A stretch of 64,000 bases of DNA from Gammaproteobacteria bacterium (GTDB taxonomy: Bacteria > Pseudomonadota > Gammaproteobacteria > Pseudomonadales > Pseudohongiellaceae), in contig PWQG01000243.1 in assembly GCA_003556835.1 (NCBI GenBank), positions 1,286 through 65,285 of the forward strand, in the 5' to 3' direction. Each line of letters opens with the position of its first letter. The stretch's first letter is position 1. A model generated the notes under the pieces. That model saw nothing but the letters and a program-made list of their open reading frames with translations. It was not told the DNA's origin and made no database searches. This document shows positions 56,199-64,000 of this stretch, piece by piece. Made by a program: the position numbers and the translations under genes.

Positions 56199-57557
56199 TC
56201 AAGTCTCTTTTTCGATTCGTGTCAGGTTTTCCCGCAGAATCGGGCCATATTCGTATTTGCCCGGGCACACATAGGTGCAGAGCCCCAGGTCTTCTTCCGC
56301 CAACTCGAGCACACCCAGATCCATTGCCTGCTCGATATCAGTGACAATGATGGATCGCAGCAGCTGCGTTGGCAGGATATCAAGGGGCATGATCGTTTCG
56401 TAGCTACCGACCGGCACCATAGCGCGTTCACTGCCGTTGGTGGAGGTGGTGAAATCGAACTTGCGTCCTTTGAATAGTCCGGAAATGTAAATCCCGAGAT
56501 TGGAATGCTTTTTGGCACCCGGAGAGAGATACCCCAGGAACTCACGCTGCCGGCCTTCCAGCAGGGTACTCACCTGGAGGTGATCATGACCGAGGAAGTT
56601 CTCTGGCTCGCGCGCATTACGACCGGACAGTACCGAGCCGGAAATGATGCGATTGTCGCCATCCTCAAGCTCACCCCTGGTCAGCTCTTCCAGGTTTGCC
56701 CCCATACGGGTGCGCACCAGGCGCGGATTCTTGACCTGCGGTCCGGCCAGGGCAATCACACGCTCTGTCCAGATCTTGCCGGTGGTGAACAGTTTGCCGA
56801 TGGCAATCACGTCCTGATAATGAATGCTCCATACCCATTTGTTCAGACTGACCGGATCCAGGAAGTGGATGTGTGTTCCAGTCAGACCTGAGGGATGCGG
56901 GCCGTCGAACTCTTCCAACTGCACACCATTACTGAACTTTTCCTCATCCAGGTTCGCCAGGCTGCCATTACGGCGGCAGATGAAGGTCTTGCCTTCACTG
57001 AGTTTCGCCAGGATGTTGGCACCACGCACGAAATCCGCCTTCTGGGCAGAGATGACCAGCTCGGGGTCGCCAGCCAGGGGGTTGCTGTCCATGGCATTGA
57101 TGAACACGGAGGCGGGACGGGTCTCGGGATCGGGAACCCGACTGTAAGGTCTTGTCCGGAGCGAAGTCCAGACACCGGAATTGATCAGATTCTCAACAAT
57201 GTCTTCGCGTTTGATCGAAGCCAATTGCTCGTCGGTGTAGCTGGCAAATGTCTCCTGTTCGGATTCATCCTCATCCAGGTCGATCACCAGCGACAGGAAG
57301 ATACGCCGCTTGCCCCGATTGATGGAACGCACCGTGCCAGTACCCGGGGATGTATAGATAACCCCTTCGGTTTTTTTATCGGAAAACAGTCTCTGGCCGA
57401 GTTTGACCCGGTCACCTTCACTGACTTCCATCGTGGGCTTCATACCCACGTAATCCCGCCCCAGGATGGCAACCGACCGGACCGGCTGTGCCGCGTCGAT
57501 CTTCTGCTCCGGGGCGCCCTTGATGGGTATATCCAACCCGCGCTTTATTCTGATCAT
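56199..57557 (-). CDS. nqrA: Na+-NQR subunit A
   Basis: [16 protein letters not shown]..., 452 aa, first gene of the nqrABCDEF order. Confidence 0.95.
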   Translation of the reverse strand: MIRIKRGLDIPIKGAPEQKIDAAQPVRSVAILGRDYVGMKPTMEVSEGDRVKLGQRLFSDKKTEGVIYTSPGTGTVRSINRGKRRIFLSLVIDLDEDESEQETFASYTDEQLASIKREDIVENLINSGVWTSLRTRPYSRVPDPETRPASVFINAMDSNPLAGDPELVISAQKADFVRGANILAKLSEGKTFICRRNGSLANLDEEKFSNGVQLEEFDGPHPSGLTGTHIHFLDPVSLNKWVWSIHYQDVIAIGKLFTTGKIWTERVIALAGPQVKNPRLVRTRMGANLEELTRGELEDGDNRIISGSVLSGRNAREPENFLGHDHLQVSTLLEGRQREFLGYLSPGAKKHSNLGIYISGLFKGRKFDFTTSTNGSERAMVPVGSYETIMPLDILPTQLLRSIIVTDIEQAMDLGVLELAEEDLGLCTYVCPGKYEYGPILRENLTRIEKET

Positions 57558-57780
57558 TCACCAAGCCTAATCGTTTTTCAGGATAATCAAACGTACCACT
57601 GAATGTAGCGACCCGGCGTCATCAGCAGGCGACACCGCGAAAATTCGTTGACAGTCAGTGTTGTATGAGAGTGGTTATAACCGTTCGGCCAGTCGGACCG
57701 CCAGGAAACTGCACTGATAAAACGCGCCCAATTATAGAGATAAGAGCCCTGATTTGCTACCGATTTCTACAAGACGAGCA

Positions 57781-57818
57781 AAGAAAATCGCCCGATGTCC
57801 CTTTTGGTAACACCGGGC
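57781..57818 (-). terminator. Intrinsic terminator downstream of gap
   Basis: Minus-strand RNA GCCCGGUGU-UACCAAAAGGG-ACAUCGGGC (9-bp stem with one G-U) followed by GAUUUUCUUUG, starting 17 nt after the gap stop codon. Confidence 0.7.
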
Positions 57819-57835
57819 AATTGCCAGGAAATGGC

Positions 57836-59311
57836 TCAGGCTTCCGCTTCTCCCGGATACGTGCGGTAGGTAACGCCGGCCATTTTGTACACCATCCGCA
57901 CAACCTGGTTGCAATAGCCGAACTCATTGTCATACCAGAGATACAGTACACAGCGGTTGCCCTCGACGATGGTCGCCGTGGAGTCGACGATCGCCGCCTC
58001 GCGGGAGCCGACGAAGTCACTGGACACGGCGTCGGGGTCCTGGGTGTAGTTGATCTGGTGCTGCAATGGCGAATGCAGGGCCAGCTGCCGCAGGAATTCA
58101 TTGATCTCTTCCCTGCTGATTTCCTTCTCCATATTGAGCATCAGGATCGCCATGGAGACATTGGGAATCGGTACCCGCACGGCGTTGCCAGTCAGCTTGC
58201 CGACCAGCTCGGGTACGGCCTTGACCACTGCCTTCGCGGCACCCGTCTCCGTCAGCACCATATTCAACGCCGCACTGCGGCCTCGGCGGTTGCCGGTATG
58301 ATAGTTGTCGATCAGGTTCTGGTCATTGGTATAGGCGTGCACTGTTTCCACGTGGCCGCTGGCAATGCCGAACTCGTCATTCAGGACCTTGAGTACCGGG
58401 GCAATCGCATTGGTGGTACAGGACGCAGCGGTAATGATCGTGTCTTCGGGGCTGATCTGATCATCGTTGATGCCGTACACTATGTTTTTCAGCTTGCCTT
58501 TGCCCGGCGCCGTCAGCATGACCTTGCTTGCCCCTTTGGCTTTCAGGTGCAGGCCAAGCCCCTCCTCGTCACGCCATTTTCCCGTATTGTCGATGATCAA
58601 TGCATCATCGATACCATACTTCGTGTAGTCGATCTCTTCCGGGCTGTTGGCATAGATGATGTGGATGACATTACCGTTGGCGATCAGGCAGTTGTTCTGC
58701 TCATCAATCCGCACCGTGCCCTGGAATGTGCCATGCACCGAGTCGGACGTCAGCAGACTGGCCCGCTTGACCAGATCCCCTTCCTTGCCGGGACGCACCA
58801 CAACAGCGCGCAGACGCATGACTTCCCCGGTGCTGGTGCGCTCCACCAGCAGACGGGCCATCAACCGGCCGATGCGACCAAATCCGTACAACACGATGTC
58901 CTGGGATTTCTTGCTCGGCTTGCTGCGGTCACCGATCAATTGCGCCAACTCTTCCGTGACAAAGTCGTCCACCGTCTGCGCTTTGTCTCCCAGCCTTTCT
59001 CCCTGCTCCATGAACTTGACGGTCAACTTCCCCAGATCAATCTCACAATGCCACAGATCCAGTTTCGCCAATGCCATCAATACCGGATGGCTCTCGAATT
59101 CCGACATCTCGTTACGGCCCACCTGGCGCACGAAGCGGTGGGATTTCATGATGTTGGTCACCGACCGGTTATGCAGCGCCCGACCGTAAATCAGGATGCC
59201 AACATTACGTTCGCTGTATAGTCGGCCGACCACAGGAATCATTTCCTGGGCAAGTGCTTCCCGCTGTTTCCAATCACTGAAATAATCTTCGGGGTGGGGT
59301 CTGCTGCTCAC
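57836..59311 (-). CDS. gap: Glyceraldehyde-3-phosphate dehydrogenase, long (~490-aa) form with N-terminal extension
   Basis: YGFGRIGR Rossmann motif, active site ASCTTN, WYDNEFGY. The ~130-aa N-terminal extension and position next to mfd/nqr resemble the Pseudomonas long-form Gap paralogue. GTG start. Confidence 0.9.
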   Translation of the reverse strand: MSSRPHPEDYFSDWKQREALAQEMIPVVGRLYSERNVGILIYGRALHNRSVTNIMKSHRFVRQVGRNEMSEFESHPVLMALAKLDLWHCEIDLGKLTVKFMEQGERLGDKAQTVDDFVTEELAQLIGDRSKPSKKSQDIVLYGFGRIGRLMARLLVERTSTGEVMRLRAVVVRPGKEGDLVKRASLLTSDSVHGTFQGTVRIDEQNNCLIANGNVIHIIYANSPEEIDYTKYGIDDALIIDNTGKWRDEEGLGLHLKAKGASKVMLTAPGKGKLKNIVYGINDDQISPEDTIITAASCTTNAIAPVLKVLNDEFGIASGHVETVHAYTNDQNLIDNYHTGNRRGRSAALNMVLTETGAAKAVVKAVPELVGKLTGNAVRVPIPNVSMAILMLNMEKEISREEINEFLRQLALHSPLQHQINYTQDPDAVSSDFVGSREAAIVDSTATIVEGNRCVLYLWYDNEFGYCNQVVRMVYKMAGVTYRTYPGEAEA

Positions 59312-59463
59312 GAGAGATACCTATCTGTACTTGGGTGGGTTTGGGACCAGCCATGGAAGCGGGACCGATCCGTCGCAACGCTGCCAATGGGGGCGCAATT
59401 ATGCCAGAATACCGCGCCCTTGGAAAACCACAGTACAGGCAGGCCTCCGGAAACATTCGCATC

Positions 59464-62400
59464 ATGCAGGGTATCGATCTCTTCAACGCTCCATTGCCGA
59501 AAAAAACAGGCACATCCATCGACTGGCAGGACCTGGCCGACGGCGAGCTTGTGCTCGCCATTGCCAACACGGCGCGACAGCACGCCGGGCCCCTGCTGCT
59601 GATCACGGGCAACAGCGCCGAGGCAGAGCGCCTGCAAAGGGAACTGCGTTTCTTCTGCGGCGGGGACGGACAATTGCCCGTCCACCTCTTTCCGGATTGG
59701 GAAACCCTGCCCTATGATAATTTCTCACCCCACCAGGACATCATCTCGGATCGGCTCAACACGCTGTATCAGCTCCCGCTTCTGAGTCGGGGTATTCTCA
59801 TCGTGCCGGTCAACAGCCTGATGCACCGGCTGCCGCCCCATGAATACGTGACCGGCGGAAGCCTGGTGCTCGACGCCGGCGACCATTTCGATATCGACAG
59901 CATGCGCGAGAACCTGGTCAATGCTGCCTACAATGCCGTCGATTCGGTCTACGAGCATGGTGAGTTCGCCGTGCGCGGCGCCATCATGGACATTTTCCCG
60001 ATGGGCAGCGACCAGCCCTACCGGATCGATCTGTTTGATGACGAGATCTAGAGCCTGCGCACCTTTGATCCCGAGTCACAACGATCCCGGGACACCGTCG
60101 ACAGCATCCGGCTGCTGCCGGGACGTGAGTACCCGCTCAACCAGGACAGCATCCGCCGCTTCCGGGGCGCTTTCCGGGAACAGTTCGATGTCGACACCCG
60201 TCAGTGCAATCTCTTCCAGGACATCAGCCAGGGTATCAATTCACCGGGCATCGAATATTTCCTGCCCCTGTTTTTCGACCGGCTCGATACCCTGTTTTCC
60301 TACCTGCCGGATAACGCCCTGGTGATCCGCAGCAGTCAACTGGAGACGGATGCCCATCGCTTCTGGACCGACATCCAGAACCGCTATGAGAGCCGCCGGC
60401 ACAACCGGGAACACCCCCTGCTGCCGCCGGAGCAGATATTCCTGCCGCCGGAGGAGATTTTTGCAGCACTGCAGAACCATGCCGTCGTTCGCCTTCGAAG
60501 CACCGAATCGGAAGCCGGTTCTTCACGCGCACTTCCGGATGTGGCCGTTCAGGCCCAGGCCAGTGATCCATTGGCCGCCCTGCGCCAGTTTCTGGAAACC
60601 CACCAGGACCACAGGATCCTGTTCTGCGCTGAATCGGCCGGTCGCCGCGAAGCCTTGCTGGATCTGCTCGCGCCCCTGGAACTGAACCCGAGCCCGGTGG
60701 CGGGCTGGGATGAATTTCTTGGCAGCACAGAAACCATCTGCATCACCGTGGCCCCGGTCGACGAAGGCCTGGTGCTGGAAGACCGGAAACTGGCCCTGAT
60801 CACCGAGACGCGGCTGTTCGGACGCCGGGTGGCACAACGCCGGCGTCGCAAACGTGTACAGGACAACACCGACTTCATCATCAAGAACCTGACCGAGTTG
60901 CATCCGGGCGCCGCCGTGGTGCATGCCGAGCACGGGGTTGGTCGATACCGGGGCCTGCAGACCCTGAACATTGATGGGCAGGAAACCGAATTCCTGACCC
61001 TGGAGTATGCCAGGCAGGCGAAACTCTACGTGCCCGTCTCCTCCCTACACCTGATCAGCCGCTACGGGGGCAGCGAACCCGACATGGCACCGCTGAACCA
61101 GCTGGGCAATGATCAATGGCAACGGGCCCGGCGCAAGGCTGCCGAAAAGATCCGCGACACAGCTGCGGAATTGCTCGACATCTACGCCCGGCGTGAAGCG
61201 CGCAAAGGCCACATCTACCGCTGCGACAACATCGACTACAAGGCCTTCGCTGCCGGCTTCCCGTTCGAGGAAACCGCAGATCAGCAGGATGCCATCAATG
61301 CCGTGATCGCGGACATGCAATCGACCCGCAGCATGGATCGACTGGTCTGTGGCGACGTCGGTTTCGGCAAGACCGAGGTGGCCATGCGCGCCGCCTTCAT
61401 TGCCGTGCAGAACAACCGGCAGGTGGCCATTCTGGTGCCAACCACCCTGCTCGCCCAACAACATTTTGAGAGTTTCCGTGACCGCTTCGCTGACTGGCCG
61501 GTGGTGATTGAACTCCTGTCACGCTTCCGTTCGGGCAAGCAGCAGGATGCCGCGCTGGAACGGATCCGCCAAGGCCAGAGCGATATCGTGGTCGGTACCC
61601 ACAAACTGCTCCAGGGCAACATCGACTACAAGGATATCGGCCTGCTCATCATCGACGAGGAGCATCGCTTTGGTGTACAGCAGAAGGAAAAATTGAAGGC
61701 CCTGCGCGCCGAGGTCGACATCCTGACTCTGACCGCCACGCCGATCCCGCGCACGCTCAACCTGGCCATGTCCAGTGTGCGCGACCTGTCACTGATCGCC
61801 ACTGCACCCGCCCGGCGCCTGGCGGTGAAAACCTTCGTGCGTGAGCGCCAGGACGAAATCGTCAAGGAAGCGGTGATGCGGGAACTGCTTCGTGGCGGCC
61901 AGGTCTTCTATCTACACAATGAAGTGAAGACCATCGCAAGGGCCGCCGAAGAATTGCGCGAATTGATCCCCGAGGCACGTATCGGTGTGGCACACGGGCA
62001 GCTGCCGGAACGCGAACTGGAGCAGGTGATGAGTGACTTCTATCACAAGCGCTTCAACATCCTGGTCTGCTCCACCATCATCGAAACCGGCATCGACATT
62101 CCCAGCGCCAACACCATCATCATTGAGCGCGCCGATCAGCTTGGACTGGCGCAGCTACACCAACTGCGTGGCCGGGTCGGTCGCTCACACCACCAGGCCT
62201 ACGCCTATATGATGACCCCGCCGTGGAAAGCCATGACCGACGATGCCCGCAAGCGCATCGAGGCGATCAGCGCCGCCAACACCCTGGGTGCCGGATTCAC
62301 CCTGGCCAGCCATGACCTGGAGATCCGCGGCGCAGGGGAAATCCTGGGAGACGAACAGAGCGGGCATATCCAGAAAATCGGCTTCACCCTCTATACAGAA

Positions 62401-62919
62401 ATGCTGGAACAGGCCGTGGCCGCGATCCGCGACGGCCGAAGTCCGGACATCGATTTCACGCAGGGCAGCAGCGAGGTGAATCTGCGCATCCCCGCATTGA
62501 TTCCGGAAGACTACCTGCCGGACATCCACAACCGCCTGATCACCTACAAACGCATTGCGGGAGCCCGGGATGCTGGAGAGCTGCGAGACTTGCAGGTGGA
62601 AATGATCGACCGCTTCGGCATGCTGCCGGAGCAGACCAAGCGGCTGTTCCGCGTCACGGAACTGAAGCTGCGCGCCCAGGCATTGGGCATCAACAAGATT
62701 GACGCCAGTGCGGGCAGTGGCAAGATCACTTTCTCCGCCAACACCCGGGTCGATCCGCTTTCCATTGTGGAACTGGTACAGAAGGAGTCGAAGACCTTCC
62801 GCCTCGCCGGCGCCACGGAGCTGCAATTCCAGCACGGAGCGGAAAACCCCGACCAGCGCATTGATGCCATCAACAAACTGCTGGATCGTCTTCGAGTGGC
62901 CGATCGCAGCGCTGCCTGA
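59464..62919 (+). pseudogene. mfd: Transcription-repair coupling factor Mfd, interrupted by one in-frame TAG at 60049-60051
   Basis: ORFs 59335..60051 and 60322..62919 share one frame. Read-through gives ...RIDLFDDEI*SLRTFDPESQRS...GIEYFLPLFF..., which is continuous Mfd sequence. Helicase motifs GDVGFGKTEVA and IIDEEHRFG, and the TRG-like region, are intact. Likely start is ATG 59464. Confidence 0.9.
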
Positions 62920-62946
62920 GCGCCCGGGAGCCCTCGAAGATTGTGC

Positions 62947-64000
62947 TCAGTGCTGCCCCTGACGACCGAGACGATAATCCCCGCTCAATACTCGCTGCCA
63001 CCATTGTGGGTTGTCGAGGTACCACTGCACCGTCCGGCGCAGGCCGGTCCCGAAGGTTTCCTCCGGAACCCAGCCCAGTTCCCGTTCGACTTTTCCTGCA
63101 TCTATGGCATAACGCCGGTCATGGCCGGGTCGATCACTGACAAAGCGGATGAGTTCAGCATGGGGCCTTATCGGCGACCCGGGGCTAAGCTCATCCAGAA
63201 GATCACAAATACTACGTACAACATCGATATTACTGATTTCATTATGCCCACCAATATTGTAGGTTTCCCCCACCTGCCCCGAACACAGCACCCGATACAG
63301 GGCGCGGGCATGATCCTCCACATGCAACCAGTCGCGAACCTGTTTGCCATCACCATACACTGGCAGGGTTTCCCCGCGAATTGCCTTGAGGATCACCAGG
63401 GGTATCAATTTCTCCGGAAATTGATAGGGACCGTAGTTATTCGAGCAGTTGCTGATCAGCGTGGGCAGGCCGAAGGTACGTTGCCAGGCCCGCACCAGGT
63501 GATCGGACGCGGCCTTGCTGGCCGAATAGGGCGAACTGGGCGCATAGGCGGTGGACTCGGTGAACAGTGCCCCGTCATCACCCAGATCCCCATAGACTTC
63601 ATCCGTGGAGACATGATGGAAACGGAAGGCGGCCTTTGATTCCGGCGACAATTCCTGCCAATAGCTGCGTGTCGCTTCCAACAGTATGTGCGTGCCATTG
63701 ATGTTGGTATCGATGAAGGCGGCCGGTCCGTCGATTGAACGATCCACATGACTCTCCGCCGCCAGGTGCATGATCGCATCCGGCCGATGCCGGGCCAGCA
63801 CCCGATCCATGGCGCCCCGGTCGCGTATGTCTTCGCGTTCGAAATGGTATCGCGGCCCATCGGCAATATCTGGCAGGGATTCGAGGTTTCCTGCATAGGT
63901 CAGGCAATCCACATTCACCACTCGATCAGCGGTATTGGCCATGATATGCCGCACCAGTGCGGAACCTATGAAACCGGCGCCTCCGGTGACCAGTATGCAC
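62947..64000 (-). CDS. rfbB: dTDP-glucose 4,6-dehydratase; 5' end just beyond the window
   Basis: The frame stays open to base 64000, reading ..[34 protein letters not shown] contains the YxxxK catalytic motif. Also NCSNNYGP and [11 protein letters not shown]. Confidence 0.93.
   Translation of the reverse strand, partial: CILVTGGAGFIGSALVRHIMANTADRVVNVDCLTYAGNLESLPDIADGPRYHFEREDIRDRGAMDRVLARHRPDAIMHLAAESHVDRSIDGPAAFIDTNINGTHILLEATRSYWQELSPESKAAFRFHHVSTDEVYGDLGDDGALFTESTAYAPSSPYSASKAASDHLVRAWQRTFGLPTLISNCSNNYGPYQFPEKLIPLVILKAIRGETLPVYGDGKQVRDWLHVEDHARALYRVLCSGQVGETYNIGGHNEISNIDVVRSICDLLDELSPGSPIRPHAELIRFVSDRPGHDRRYAIDAGKVERELGWVPEETFGTGLRRTVQWYLDNPQWWQRVLSGDYRLGRQGQH

Noticed and set aside
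57577-57682. An FNR/ANR-like half-site, TTCAG-GATA-ATCAA (57577-57590), and a 10-bp palindrome, GGTTATAACC (57673-57682), upstream of nqrA.
   Set aside because: The FNR-like site matches only one half-site well and lies ~20-30 nt from the ATG, inside the likely 5' UTR. A lone 10-bp palindrome is not sufficient evidence for an operator without conservation data.
59335-59463. The upstream extension of the mfd ORF (MGLGPAMEAGPIRRNAANGG...).
   Set aside because: Mfd N-termini begin ~15-20 residues before the conserved W..L.....L.IA motif. ATG 59464 fits that, and the extension would run into the divergent gap promoter region.
60044-60052. The sequence AGATCTAGA (overlapping BglII and XbaI sites) sits exactly at the mfd stop codon, which might suggest a cloning scar or engineered cassette.
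   Set aside because: No inserted sequence is present. The flanks are continuous Mfd coding sequence, and the single G>T change that makes TAG also creates both palindromes. Coincidence is the simpler explanation.

Overview
This 64 kb window reads as conserved core chromosome of a GC-rich gammaproteobacterium. Several blocks follow Pseudomonas-type gene order: fimV-truA-trpF...accD-folC-dedD-cvpA-purF, mfd-gap-nqrABCDEF-apbE-sthA, and nagZ-lexA-topA. I call about 58 protein genes, nearly all housekeeping: the rne 3' part, etfAB, hpt, nagZ, lexA, topA, ilvE-type BCAT, tatD, pyrD, trpFBA, accD, folC, purF, truA, fimV, asd, leuCD, aroC, prmB, folE, gpsA, sthA, the complete Na+-NQR operon with apbE/nqrM, a long-form GAPDH, mfd and an rfbB fragment. 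By eye I found no rRNA, tRNA, CRISPR array, transposase, integrase or prophage gene, and intergenic spacers are short (278 nt or less). Less well understood content is two convergent MoxR-DUF58 modules (a Bat-type operon ending in yciH, and MoxR-DUF58-TgpA fused onto the purF operon). There is also an orphan Wzc-like protein with a Lys-to-Arg Walker A, followed by a small Cys-rich protein, a lipoprotein and DUF1285. The most checkable anomalies are: (1) a single in-frame TAG splitting an otherwise intact mfd; (2) a 21-codon Leu-Leu-Leu upstream ORF whose stop overlaps the leuC start codon; (3) short patches of AT-rich, rare codons inside leuD and rfbB; (4) an intrinsic terminator directly before the apbE ribosome-binding site. 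I see no convincing novel defence or mobile system. Family names come from motif recognition only, and start codons are best estimates.
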